A DNA stretch of 64,000 bases, taken from a virus. Made by a program: the position numbers and the translations under genes. The notes below the pieces were generated by a model that made no database searches, was not told the origin of the DNA, and saw nothing but the letters and a program-made list of their open reading frames with translations. Where the stretch lies: positions 32,001 to 96,000 of IMG/VR virus record IMGVR_UViG_3300032245_000795. One strand, given 5' to 3'. The first letter of the stretch is position 1. Each line of letters begins with the position of its first letter. This document shows positions 1 to 10,021 of the stretch, one piece after another.

Positions 1-94
1 CGGAGTAAGACCTGTAGGCAAAGACAGCCCAATTAGATATGTAACTGTTGGGTTTATTAAGGTTAGAGGTTGGTATGAAAATAATAAATATTAA
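1..94 (+). CDS. 3' end of a 2OG-Fe(II) oxygenase (partial)
   Basis: Frame 2 reads GVRPVGKDSPIRYVTVGFIKVRGWYENNKY*. This matches the (H)GVxPV...RY C-terminal strands of P4H-like oxygenases; it is next to another one. Confidence 0.6.
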   Translation, partial: GVRPVGKDSPIRYVTVGFIKVRGWYENNKY

Positions 95-106
95 AGGAGA
101 TACACT

Positions 107-736
107 ATGAACAGAGAGATACTTGAAGAAAAGGTTTATTACTACACAGATGTAATTGAAGACCCAAAGAAACTTGTTGACGCAATTGAAAACGATAACA
201 AAGATCCTTGGGGAGAGTGGATGGCTTGCAGCGGACAAGCCTATGTTTATGGAACCGATAAGACTATTGCTTTAACAGCAAATGCTGATGAAAAAGATAA
301 ATATATTTACAACACTTTACAAAAGGCTTTTGATGATGTAGCAAGAGATTATGCAAATGCTCAGGGAATCACTGATGAACCAAAATTGTTTCCACAGTAT
401 CCTATTAAGAAATACCAGCCAGGAACATATATGGGTGCACACTTTGATCAGCAAGAAGGCGATGAAAGACTAAAGGTTTCTTTTGTAATGTATCTTAATG
501 ATGACTATGAAGGAGGAGAAATATCTTTTACTATTGCATCTCCAAATGGTGTTTTGCAAAATTCTAGTCCAGATCCAGATTTTGCAAAAGCAGAACAATA
601 TAAAAATTATACTTTTGCTGTAAAACCAAAAGCAGGCAGTATTATTGTGTTTCCTCCATCACCACCATATCATCACACCGCTCATTTAGTTAAAAGTGGT
701 GAAAAGATTATGGTTCCACAACACTGGATACACTAA
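107..736 (+). CDS. 2OG-Fe(II) oxygenase, prolyl 4-hydroxylase-like
   Basis: HFD (HxD), YLNDDYEGGEI, distal His (YHHTAH); SD AAGGAG upstream. Confidence 0.85.
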   Translation: MNREILEEKVYYYTDVIEDPKKLVDAIENDNKDPWGEWMACSGQAYVYGTDKTIALTANADEKDKYIYNTLQKAFDDVARDYANAQGITDEPKLFPQYPIKKYQPGTYMGAHFDQQEGDERLKVSFVMYLNDDYEGGEISFTIASPNGVLQNSSPDPDFAKAEQYKNYTFAVKPKAGSIIVFPPSPPYHHTAHLVKSGEKIMVPQHWIH

Positions 737-788
737 ACAATAACCCTAAACAATATATTTAGGTAGAGTTTTACTTTTTTAAAAACTC

Positions 789-797
789 TGCTATACT
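789..797 (+). promoter_or_regulatory. extended -10 promoter (TGCTATACT) for the RNR gene
   Basis: TGnTAnnnT in the intergenic gap; the same motif recurs upstream of many genes in the window. Confidence 0.6.
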
Positions 798-830
798 TAA
801 GACTATTCCGTTTTTGAAAGGACGATACAC

Positions 831-2864
831 ATGTCAGATTTTTTTAGTTTTAAACTTCCAGAAGATTTTGTAGAAAAGTACAAGAATATAGAAAGTCCAT
901 TTGGTTTTAAAGATGCAGCAGAAAATTCACTTGGAGAAATTACTTTTATTCGTACATATTCTCGTATGAAGGAAGATGGAACTAAGGAAAGATGGCATGA
1001 AGTTTGTCGTCGTGTAATTGAGGGTATGTACTCAGTACAAAAAAATCATGCTAAAGAAAACCGATTGCCATGGAATGATTATAAGGCTCAGAAGTCAGCA
1101 CAAGAAGCATTCCAAAGAATGTTTGAATTAAAGTGGACCCCACCAGGTAGAGGTATGTGGGCATTTGGAACTCCTATGACTATGGAGAAGAAGAACTCAG
1201 CAGCACTACAGAACTGTGCAATGGTTTCAACAAAGGACCTTGATAAGAACGATCCAGGAGCATTGTTTGCTTGGGTAATGGATGCATTGATGCTTGGCAT
1301 TGGTGTGGGGTTTGACACGGTAGGACAGGATAAGAATTTTTCAATCTATGCCCCAACAGAACCAGAACAGGTGTTCGAAATTCCAGACACTCGTGAAGGA
1401 TGGGTAGAGTCAGTTAGACTTCTAATCAACTCATATCTTAGAGCAAATCAGAGCATTCAGAAGTTTAACTATGACTTGATCAGACCTCTTGGAGCACCTA
1501 TTAAGGGCTTTGGAGGCGTTGCATCAGGACCTGCACCTCTTATCAAGTTGCATGACCAGATAGACCGTGTAATAGGCTCCAGAGGCGGAGAAACACTAGA
1601 CTCTCGTGCCATTGTAGACCTGGTAAATCTAATTGGTACCTGCGTGGTATCAGGCAATGTTCGTAGATCAGCAACACTTGCTTTGGGTAACGCAGGGGAT
1701 GAAACATTTATGAACCTAAAGAATTCAGAGATATTCCCAGAGCGTAACTCATTTGATCCAGAAAATCCAGGTTGGGCTTGGATGTCTAATAATTCTATTT
1801 CAGCAGAAGTAGGAACAAAGTACGAAGACTATGTAGATTTAATTACAGAAAACGGAGAACCAGGTTTTATCTGGCTTGATGTTGCTCGTAATTATGGACG
1901 ACTAAAGGATGCGCCAGACGGTAAGGATTACCGTGTGATGGGATTTAACCCATGTGCGGAGCAGCCATTGGAATCATACGAATTATGTACACTTGTAGAA
2001 GTGCACTTGAATCGTCATGAATCTAAGGAGGACTTCCTGCGTACCCTTAAGTTTGCATACCTTTATGGAAAGACTGTAACGCTTGTTCCAACACACTGGC
2101 CACAAACAAACGGTATCATGCAACGCAACCGTCGTATTGGTACATCACTAACAGGTATTGCATCATTTGCAGATCAAAAGGGTTTGCCAATTGTTCGTGA
2201 GTGGATGGACGAAGGATACAACAAGATCCGTCACTATGACCACCAGTATTCAGAATGGCTTTGTGTTCGTGAATCAATTCGTGTAACAACAGTTAAGCCA
2301 TCAGGATCAGTTTCAATTCTTTCTGGTGCAACTCCTGGAGTTCACTGGGGTCCTGGAGGAAACTTCTTTCTTCGTGCAGTTAGATTTGGAAACACAGATC
2401 CAATGATGCACTTGTTTAAAGCAGCAGGGTACACAATTGAAGATGACGTAGTATCAGCAAATACATCAGTAGTCTACTTCCCAATCAAGTCAGGTCATCC
2501 ACGATCTGAAAAAGATGTAACATTATTTGAAAAAATTGCACTTGCTGCAACTGCTCAGAAGTACTGGTCTGACAATGGTGTTTCTGTAACATTATCATTT
2601 GACAAAGAAACAGAGTCAAAGCATGTTGTCCCAGCATTACACATGTATGAGGGACAATTAAAGGCAGTGTCATTCCTTCCAATGGGAAATGCTGTTTATC
2701 CTCAGCAGCCATATACTCAGATTACTGAAGAGCAGTATGAGTCATATATTGGCAAGTTGAAGCATATTGATTTTGGTGCAATTTATGACGGTATAGATAA
2801 CCTTGAAGCACAAGGAGAATCTTACTGCACAACAGACTACTGTGAAATAAAAATAAACAACTAG
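831..2864 (+). CDS. nrdJ: class II (adenosylcobalamin-dependent) ribonucleotide reductase, monomeric RTPR type
   Basis: RTYSR, PPGRG, NCA, GNVRRSA, NPCAEQ (thiyl Cys), TTVKPSG, C-terminal CxxxxC (CTTDYC). Confidence 0.93.
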   Translation: MSDFFSFKLPEDFVEKYKNIESPFGFKDAAENSLGEITFIRTYSRMKEDGTKERWHEVCRRVIEGMYSVQKNHAKENRLPWNDYKAQKSAQEAFQRMFELKWTPPGRGMWAFGTPMTMEKKNSAALQNCAMVSTKDLDKNDPGALFAWVMDALMLGIGVGFDTVGQDKNFSIYAPTEPEQVFEIPDTREGWVESVRLLINSYLRANQSIQKFNYDLIRPLGAPIKGFGGVASGPAPLIKLHDQIDRVIGSRGGETLDSRAIVDLVNLIGTCVVSGNVRRSATLALGNAGDETFMNLKNSEIFPERNSFDPENPGWAWMSNNSISAEVGTKYEDYVDLITENGEPGFIWLDVARNYGRLKDAPDGKDYRVMGFNPCAEQPLESYELCTLVEVHLNRHESKEDFLRTLKFAYLYGKTVTLVPTHWPQTNGIMQRNRRIGTSLTGIASFADQKGLPIVREWMDEGYNKIRHYDHQYSEWLCVRESIRVTTVKPSGSVSILSGATPGVHWGPGGNFFLRAVRFGNTDPMMHLFKAAGYTIEDDVVSANTSVVYFPIKSGHPRSEKDVTLFEKIALAATAQKYWSDNGVSVTLSFDKETESKHVVPALHMYEGQLKAVSFLPMGNAVYPQQPYTQITEEQYESYIGKLKHIDFGAIYDGIDNLEAQGESYCTTDYCEIKINN

Positions 2865-2871
2865 TCTTCTG

Positions 2872-2880
2872 TGGTAAAAT
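2872..2880 (+). promoter_or_regulatory. extended -10 promoter (TGGTAAAAT)
   Basis: Intergenic, 10 nt before the ATG at 2890; no SD. Confidence 0.55.
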
Positions 2881-2889
2881 AGACTTATA

Positions 2890-5800
2890 ATGTCTAATCC
2901 ATCAAACCTGTATGCAGAGAAAATATACGCAGAACATCCTGTTGCTCTTTGGGCACTGGATGATACTGCAGACTATATAAGTTTGATAACAGAGCCTAAA
3001 AGAAATCTCTTAAATTGGGAAATAGATAACGGATCAGCATCGTCCTATTCTTTATCTGATGAGCCCTTTTCAGAAAGTGGCACATTTAAAATAACGGGAG
3101 ATATAACATCAGAGTTATCTGGTCAAGTTGTATGTGTAAGTGAAAACATTATCAACTTTAGCCTTTTAAATAAAGAACTATCTACTTTTTCAATTGGTGG
3201 ATTCTTTAACTCTCTAAGTGCCTATGCATCTAGTTTTGAAATAGGCTATGAGTATTTTGACACAACCTCTGGAAACAAAGTTCAAAGATTAAAAAGTTAT
3301 CCAGTTTTTCTATACAATGAATGGTTTTTTATATCGGAAACTTTTGAAATGCCAGAAGATAATACAGAGTTTAAAGTTGTCGTAAAGATTAATTATATTG
3401 GTGGAGCAGCAGATACTAGCGATTATACTTTTTTGGTTAATGGTATAAGTGTTGGACAATGGTCTGAAGAGTTTAATTCTTCTTCTCTTGGGGTAACAAA
3501 AGAATTGCTGCCATCTGAAATAGCAATAGAAGAATCTTATGGAGTACCAGCAAGCGCCTATGGCCTTGAAGATAAAAAGGGATACTATCTTGTTTCTAAT
3601 AACAGCCTTATGGCAAAAAACACTGGTATACCTTTAGTATATGGTGCATCAAATCTTACAAAACTTTTACCAAACAAAGATCAAAATGGTCAACCAAAAC
3701 CATCTTTGATTATTCCAGGACTTGGTTTTATGGGAGAAGATGGCCACAACAAAGAATATACTTTGGAGACATGGATAAGAATAAATTCAGACTCTGTAAC
3801 AAAAAAAAGAATTATTGGTCCAATTGGATCTGATGATGGTTTATATGTTGACGGTCCATTTTTAACATTAAAGATAGGCTCAGTCTTTGGCTCATACTAT
3901 GTTGGAGAATGGACCAGGCCAATGCTTACGCATATCAGACTTTCTGAAAATAATGGTTCTCTTTTAGTAAACGGAGAAGAGGTAATATCTTTAACCTATT
4001 TGACCTCAGAGTTGAACTTTCCTAAAAGTATCTTGAATGAAAAAAATCAAGACTGGATAGGCTTTTATGCATACGAAGATGTTTCTCCAATAGAAATTGA
4101 TTGCGTTGCAATATATACTTATCAGGTTCCAGTAGTCCTTGCTAAAAAAAGATTTGTGTATGGCCAGGGAGTTGAATTTCCAGAGGGGATCAATCAAGCA
4201 TATAGTGGATCATCAATCTACATAGACTACCCATTTGCAGACTATACAAACAACTACTCTTATCCTTCACTTGGAAATTGGTCTCAAGGCATAGTAGATA
4301 ACCTTGAAATAAAAAATAATTTGCTTTCTACTCCAGACTATAGTCTTCCAGATATTGTCTTAGGCTCTGGCTCACTCAGTGAAATCTATGAAAGTTTAAA
4401 AAATCAACAAAATGAAAATGAAAATTTCTTTTCTTTTGGAAGTAACTCTGGTCATATGTACTTTGAAAATTTAAATTTCCTAAAAGAAAAGATAAGATCT
4501 TTTTATGGTTCATTTAAATTTTTATCTAACTCTCCAGACAAGCAGGTCTTATTCCGAGTTAATTCTGGAACATCTTCTAACTACTTTGAGATATATTCTG
4601 AAGGTCTTTCTGTTGTCTATAAATTGTACTATGGAGAAACTGAAAATATTCTTTTAACTCTTTCTGCTGTAGAAATAGGAGAAGTGTTTTCTGTAGGTAT
4701 TGACATAGACAAAATTTCTAAATATTTTGGTGGAACGGTTGCGTCGTTTTTTGGAAACTCAAACTCTTTAAGTTTTTATATTGCTGGAAATTCAAACCTA
4801 ACAGAAACATTTAGTGGAAGGATATATAAAGTAGGATTCTGTACCTCTAGAAATCACAAAAAGATAAATCAACTGTTTAATGAAAAAGGAATTGTTATAG
4901 AAAATGATAACGTTTTTCTTGAGTATTTACAAACCCCAGATGTAGAATACAACTCTACAGAAAATTATTTTGGAACTAATCCAGCAGAATGGGATACCCT
5001 GATAAGTGGAGGAGAAGTTTCTTCAGATGGTGCTGCTACACTTCAAGAACATACAGCAAGTTATACTCTATCACCATATTTATCATTTGATAAGTATTCT
5101 CTTGATATAGATATTCAAGGCTACTGGGAAGACTATGTTCCTCTTACATATTTTGCTCAATATGTAAAAGATAAAAAATATAAAGAATATTATGATCTAG
5201 ATTTTATTCAGTTTAATATAAACTATCCTTCACCTTCAGTGTTTGTAGAAGAAGAACAATTTGGATCCTGGACTTATAAGGAGTTGTCAGAAGAATATGG
5301 TAGTCCCGTTCAAAGAGATTATTCTTCTTTAGGAAATCAACTTTTTACTAACTACTTAAACTACGATGATTTAAAAAACAGAGCCTACAAAAACTACAAA
5401 TATGATACAAGTAATTCTCTTGTAAGATCTTACGTTACTTTTCAATATACAAAAAATGGAGCAAACCTTTCATCAGAAAATTTTATAAACATTGAGAAGC
5501 CTTCAAAAGATTCCATAGTTATTCCAGGTGAAGACTGGAACTATACTAAATATGAAGTTGTAGATAACATGATTATTTATCCCCCACTTAATTCAAATAT
5601 TTTAGACATTTCCTTAGTAACTCATTTAGAGTTTAAAGTAAAAGCAATACTAAAAAATAAAGTTTCTTTAAGAAGTTTGGAATATGCATCTCAAGCGTTT
5701 AATGCAACATCTACAAACCCTATAGGAACTAGATTTGGTAATGAGATATATCCATACAAAAAGTCTGGATTCTATTATGATTATAAAAGCCAAAATCCTT

Positions 5801-6600
5801 TTACAATCTATAAAGGAACATCTCCATATCTTTATTTAACAAGATATACTGGTATGGAGTTAAAAGGTTCAATTGATCCATTAGAAAATCGTGGTTTGTC
5901 TATTCCAATTAATAAAGAAAAATCTAACAACTTTAAAGTTTTAGCAATGCAGGCAGCAATTAGGTACGACAAGGATGCTTTCCCATATGCTTCTACAGAG
6001 ATCTTTGAAATTAAATCAAGATACTCGCATATAAAGTTTTACATGGTTGCTATACATCCAACTGGAGAAAGAGCAAAAATTTATGCAATTAACGTAAAGA
6101 CTGGCAGACTAGAAAACGGAATAAACTTTTATTGGAATGGAAAAATTGTAAAGGAGCCAGTCATAACCATTAAAGAATGGGGCTTCCTTGGAATTTCTTT
6201 TCCAAAATTGCTAGATTTTGAAAGCAGAGTTGGGCTTCTTAATTTTAATGGTCCACTAACATTTAATACTGTTTCTTACTATCAGTCAACAAACCTTCAA
6301 GAAATTCAAAAGATAGAGGAGAGACCTTGGTTTGCAGTTGAAAATGCTCCACCAGAAGTCCTTGAATGGGATTACTGGAGATCTACTGCATTCCTTTGGG
6401 AGGGTGTTTTAGTGGTGTCTTCAAAGAACTACTATGGCGTAAGTCCGTCAACAATATATAAAAGTTATACTGGAACAAATAAGATTATTATTGATAGCCC
6501 AGGAATACTTACCATAAGCAATGTTAGATCTAATGATGACTACGAGTATAGGATCTATTCTGGTATAACTTCAAAACTAACAACCGTTACTGCCGTCTAA
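2890..6600 (+). CDS. large putative virion protein with LamG/ConA-like beta-sandwich segments
   Basis: 1236 aa, rich in beta strands and aromatics. The segment YTLETWIRIN...SLLVNGEEV resembles LamG. It lies just before the head module. Confidence 0.5.
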   Translation: MSNPSNLYAEKIYAEHPVALWALDDTADYISLITEPKRNLLNWEIDNGSASSYSLSDEPFSESGTFKITGDITSELSGQVVCVSENIINFSLLNKELSTFSIGGFFNSLSAYASSFEIGYEYFDTTSGNKVQRLKSYPVFLYNEWFFISETFEMPEDNTEFKVVVKINYIGGAADTSDYTFLVNGISVGQWSEEFNSSSLGVTKELLPSEIAIEESYGVPASAYGLEDKKGYYLVSNNSLMAKNTGIPLVYGASNLTKLLPNKDQNGQPKPSLIIPGLGFMGEDGHNKEYTLETWIRINSDSVTKKRIIGPIGSDDGLYVDGPFLTLKIGSVFGSYYVGEWTRPMLTHIRLSENNGSLLVNGEEVISLTYLTSELNFPKSILNEKNQDWIGFYAYEDVSPIEIDCVAIYTYQVPVVLAKKRFVYGQGVEFPEGINQAYSGSSIYIDYPFADYTNNYSYPSLGNWSQGIVDNLEIKNNLLSTPDYSLPDIVLGSGSLSEIYESLKNQQNENENFFSFGSNSGHMYFENLNFLKEKIRSFYGSFKFLSNSPDKQVLFRVNSGTSSNYFEIYSEGLSVVYKLYYGETENILLTLSAVEIGEVFSVGIDIDKISKYFGGTVASFFGNSNSLSFYIAGNSNLTETFSGRIYKVGFCTSRNHKKINQLFNEKGIVIENDNVFLEYLQTPDVEYNSTENYFGTNPAEWDTLISGGEVSSDGAATLQEHTASYTLSPYLSFDKYSLDIDIQGYWEDYVPLTYFAQYVKDKKYKEYYDLDFIQFNINYPSPSVFVEEEQFGSWTYKELSEEYGSPVQRDYSSLGNQLFTNYLNYDDLKNRAYKNYKYDTSNSLVRSYVTFQYTKNGANLSSENFINIEKPSKDSIVIPGEDWNYTKYEVVDNMIIYPPLNSNILDISLVTHLEFKVKAILKNKVSLRSLEYASQAFNATSTNPIGTRFGNEIYPYKKSGFYYDYKSQNPFTIYKGTSPYLYLTRYTGMELKGSIDPLENRGLSIPINKEKSNNFKVLAMQAAIRYDKDAFPYASTEIFEIKSRYSHIKFYMVAIHPTGERAKIYAINVKTGRLENGINFYWNGKIVKEPVITIKEWGFLGISFPKLLDFESRVGLLNFNGPLTFNTVSYYQSTNLQEIQKIEERPWFAVENAPPEVLEWDYWRSTAFLWEGVLVVSSKNYYGVSPSTIYKSYTGTNKIIIDSPGILTISNVRSNDDYEYRIYSGITSKLTTVTAV

Positions 6601-6602
6601 TA

Positions 6603-6611
6603 TGGTATACT
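6603..6611 (+). promoter_or_regulatory. extended -10 promoter (TGGTATACT), likely leaderless transcript
   Basis: Ends 8 nt before the ATG at 6619; no SD. Confidence 0.6.
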
Positions 6612-6618
6612 TTAGTAT

Positions 6619-7023
6619 ATGAACATGCAAGATCCACGTAAAAAGAAGAAAGCATTGCCTAAAATGAAGGGCCAAGTGGGTGAGTCTCGTGCAAAAATTA
6701 TCGAGAAGCACTACGATTGGGGTCTTTATGTATACAAAAGGGCTAACGGAAAGTGGTTTACAGATGGAAATGGCTCAGTCTTAAACATTGAATCCATGAA
6801 GGGTGACATTCTTCAAATATCAAAACTTAAGGATGCTGCAAAATATTACGGGGATGAAGGAGATGGCGAATGCATCTTTGTTCCAGGATTAACTAGAATT
6901 TCAGAAGAAGAATACTCTGAGCAAAAGCAAAGACTTTCAGAAGGACTTATTCCATCAATGAACGACCTTGGTGCAGTTCAGGCAGCAAAAGACACTATTG
7001 CAAAATATGGAAGTGATGACTGA
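6619..7023 (+). CDS. hypothetical protein upstream of the portal gene
   Basis: 134-aa ORF whose stop overlaps the portal start (TGATG). Confidence 0.75.
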   Translation: MNMQDPRKKKKALPKMKGQVGESRAKIIEKHYDWGLYVYKRANGKWFTDGNGSVLNIESMKGDILQISKLKDAAKYYGDEGDGECIFVPGLTRISEEEYSEQKQRLSEGLIPSMNDLGAVQAAKDTIAKYGSDD

Positions 7024-8630
7024 TGAGCGAAGAAAAAGAATTTTTTATTAGAGCAAAGACAGACTCTCCATTACCAGAAGATGATACTTTTACAAAGCAA
7101 GATCCATTTAATCAGACATGGGATGTCATTAAAGATTTGCAAGGTTTGGATGGAAATTTTAAAAGAAGAACCTCTCGTATTGTAAAAACAGAAGCAACAC
7201 AGGGATATATTGATAGTTCACGAGCAGAGAGCGTTGGTATTGACGGTGCAAGATCAAAAGAAATTAATTCTGGAACAGTATATAGAAATGCCTATGGTCT
7301 ATTTGATGTAATTACTCCACCATGGAATCTTTACGAACTTGCAAGTTTTTATGATACTTCATTTGCTAACCATGCAGCAATTGATGCAAAGGTTGAAAAC
7401 ATTGTTGGTCTTGGTTATGAGTTCAAGGTATCCAAAAGAACTATGCTAAAGTTAGAAGCATCAGAACCAAAAACAGCAGAGAATGCAAGGAAAAGAATTG
7501 AAAGAGCAAAGATTGAGTTAACCGACTGGCTAGAATCTTTAAATGATGAAGACTCATTTACTACAACAATGGAAAAAGTATTCACTGACCTACAGTCTAC
7601 AGGAAATGCTTATTTAGAAATTGGCAGAACGGTGCGTGGAGACATTGGATATGTAGGTCATATTCCTTCGACTACAATGAGAGTTCGTAGACTCCGTGAT
7701 GGATTTGTTCAGGTTATTGGAAACAAAGTTGTTTACTTCCGTAATTTTGGAGCAACAAATCCAAATCCAGTAGGAGCAGACACAAGACCAAATGAAATTA
7801 TTCACTTTAAGGAATACTCACCTCTAAATACTTTTTATGGTGTACCAGATATTATGTCAGCAATTGGCTCGCTTCATGGTGATCAACTTGCATCACAGTA
7901 CAACATTGATTATTTTCAAAATAAAGCAACTCCAAGATATGTTGTAACTCTTAAGGGTGCTAAATTATCTCCAGAGGCTGAAGATAAAATGTTTAGATTT
8001 TTACAAACAGGTCTTAAGGGCCAGAACCACAGAACACTTTATATTCCATTGCCTGGAGACTCAGATACAAACAAAGTAGAGTTTAAAATGGACCCAGTTG
8101 AAAATGGTGTTCAAGAAGCATCCTTTAAAGAATATCGCAAGCAAAATAGAGATGACATTCTTGTTGCTCATCAGGTTCCATTGTCCAAAATTGGTGGCTC
8201 TGATTCAGCAGCAATCGCAGCAGCACTTTCTCAGGATCGTACTTTTAAGGAACAGGTTGCCAGACCAGCACAAAGAAACCTTGAAAAAATGATCAACAAG
8301 ATAGTAAAAGAAAAAACAGATATTCTTGAGTTTAAGTTTAATGAACTTACACTTACAGATGAAATTGCTCAATCACAAATTATTGAAAGACTTGTTAAGA
8401 CACAAGTTATGCTACCAAATGAAGGTAGAGAACTTCTTGGACTTCCTCAGATTGAGGGTGGCAATGAGCCATTTGATCCAAAGCCAGAACAGGCAGCAAA
8501 CGATAATGCAAACAGAGCAAGGGACACAGAAAGAACAAACAACCAGTCTGACGGACAGGCCACAGTAAGTGGAAGAAATCCAAAAGGCGAAGGTCGCAAG
8601 TTTGATGATCTGACCAAAATGTCCGAATAG
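7023..8630 (+). CDS. portal protein
   Basis: GNAYLEI, NEIIHFKEYSP..YGVP, LPNEGRELLGLPQIEGG (PBSX/HK97-like portal motifs); position before the protease and capsid genes. Confidence 0.92.
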   Translation: MSEEKEFFIRAKTDSPLPEDDTFTKQDPFNQTWDVIKDLQGLDGNFKRRTSRIVKTEATQGYIDSSRAESVGIDGARSKEINSGTVYRNAYGLFDVITPPWNLYELASFYDTSFANHAAIDAKVENIVGLGYEFKVSKRTMLKLEASEPKTAENARKRIERAKIELTDWLESLNDEDSFTTTMEKVFTDLQSTGNAYLEIGRTVRGDIGYVGHIPSTTMRVRRLRDGFVQVIGNKVVYFRNFGATNPNPVGADTRPNEIIHFKEYSPLNTFYGVPDIMSAIGSLHGDQLASQYNIDYFQNKATPRYVVTLKGAKLSPEAEDKMFRFLQTGLKGQNHRTLYIPLPGDSDTNKVEFKMDPVENGVQEASFKEYRKQNRDDILVAHQVPLSKIGGSDSAAIAAALSQDRTFKEQVARPAQRNLEKMINKIVKEKTDILEFKFNELTLTDEIAQSQIIERLVKTQVMLPNEGRELLGLPQIEGGNEPFDPKPEQAANDNANRARDTERTNNQSDGQATVSGRNPKGEGRKFDDLTKMSE

Positions 8631-8668
8631 TGATACTTTAGCAAAAAAGGGTATATAATATAATAACC

Positions 8669-9985
8669 ATGATTATATCAAAAGCGCATTGGAATTCAGA
8701 TGGCGATAATCTTCGTCTATCTATGCCTTTAACTAAGGTAGACAAAGAACGCAGGATCGTATCTGGCTTTGCGTCGCTTGATAATGTTGATAAACAAGAT
8801 GATATTGTAACTGCAGAAGCAAGCATGTCAGCCTTTGCAAAGTTCCGTGGAAATATTAGAGAAATGCATCAGCCAGTAGCGGTAGGCAAGATGGTAGATT
8901 TTAAAGAAGATAAGTATTTTGATCCAGAAACAAAAAAGTTTTATAAGGGTGTATTTGTTTCAGCATATGTTTCAAAGGGTGCACAGGATACTTGGGAAAA
9001 GGTTCTTGATGGAACACTTACTGGTTTTTCTATTGGTGGACGAATGAATAAATGGGATGATGCCTATGACGAGAAATCAGATAAGACAATTAGAGTTATT
9101 AAGGAATATGATTTGGTGGAGTTGAGTCTTGTAGATTCACCTGCTAATCAATTTGCAAATATTGTTTCAGTAGAAAAAGTTGACGGTGTAGATGTTATCA
9201 AGGGTGACTCCACTGTTTTAGAGAATGTTTTTTATGACAAAGAAAATGGAATAGTTATAGCATCTGAAAATGAATCAGAACTTAGCCCAATTACTGGTGA
9301 GCAGATGGAAAACATAGGATTCGTTGAAAAAACGGATAGCGAAAAAACAAACATGATAAAATTCTTAGTTGATAGTGCTAAAGGCATTAATACTTCTAAG
9401 ATTAACAAGGAGGTACAACCTATGACAGAAAATACAGAAATCGTTGCAGAAGTTATTGAAACAGAAGCAGTAGTAGAAGTAGAAAAGTCAGAGGTCGCTC
9501 CAGAGGTTGATGCCGTAGTAGAGGCACCTACAGATGAAGTTGCTAAGGCCGATGAAGTCCTAGCATCTGAAGAAGTTGCAAAGTCTGAAGAGACTCCTGC
9601 AGTTGATGTAGTTGAAGAAGTTACAGAAGTATCTAAATCAGATGAAGCAGTTGTTGACTCAGTTGCTGAAATCAAGAACACTCTAGAATCAGCCTTTAGC
9701 GATCTAGTTTCAACAGTTAAGTCTTTGCAGGCAGAAGTAGAAATGCTTAAGTCTACAAAGGTAGATGTTGAGACAGCAAAAACATCATTTGAAGCAGTTG
9801 CAAAAGATATTGCAGCAGCAACAAATACATTCAATGAATTTGGTAAGCGTGTGGAACTTGTAGAGCAAGACACTGCTTTCCGAAAGTCTGGCGATCTCGG
9901 CGAGATAGTACAGAATCAACCTGAAACGGTTGAAAAATCCCTATGGGGCGGTAGTTTCCTCAAAACAGCCGACTTATTCAATTAA
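8669..9985 (+). CDS. prohead protease (HK97-like) fused to an acidic scaffold domain
   Basis: IVSGFAS, IREMH, LTGFSIGG, ELSLVDSPANQFA; the C-terminal half is E/V/A-rich with a coiled coil. Confidence 0.88.
   Translation: MIISKAHWNSDGDNLRLSMPLTKVDKERRIVSGFASLDNVDKQDDIVTAEASMSAFAKFRGNIREMHQPVAVGKMVDFKEDKYFDPETKKFYKGVFVSAYVSKGAQDTWEKVLDGTLTGFSIGGRMNKWDDAYDEKSDKTIRVIKEYDLVELSLVDSPANQFANIVSVEKVDGVDVIKGDSTVLENVFYDKENGIVIASENESELSPITGEQMENIGFVEKTDSEKTNMIKFLVDSAKGINTSKINKEVQPMTENTEIVAEVIETEAVVEVEKSEVAPEVDAVVEAPTDEVAKADEVLASEEVAKSEETPAVDVVEEVTEVSKSDEAVVDSVAEIKNTLESAFSDLVSTVKSLQAEVEMLKSTKVDVETAKTSFEAVAKDIAAATNTFNEFGKRVELVEQDTAFRKSGDLGEIVQNQPETVEKSLWGGSFLKTADLFN
9422..9985 (+). CDS. nested in-frame scaffolding protein (internal start in the protease gene)
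   Basis: Perfect SD AAGGAGG at 9407-9413, 8 nt before an in-frame ATG at 9422, at the start of the acidic domain. Confidence 0.6.
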   Translation: MTENTEIVAEVIETEAVVEVEKSEVAPEVDAVVEAPTDEVAKADEVLASEEVAKSEETPAVDVVEEVTEVSKSDEAVVDSVAEIKNTLESAFSDLVSTVKSLQAEVEMLKSTKVDVETAKTSFEAVAKDIAAATNTFNEFGKRVELVEQDTAFRKSGDLGEIVQNQPETVEKSLWGGSFLKTADLFN

Positions 9986-10021
9986 AAAACAAATAAGTAA
10001 AAAATCACAGGAGGTGACAAT

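Noticed and set aside
9232-9873. 213-aa minus-strand ORF
   Set aside because: Antisense shadow of the GAA/GTT/GCA-rich scaffold region; Ser/Thr-rich, with no RBS or motif.
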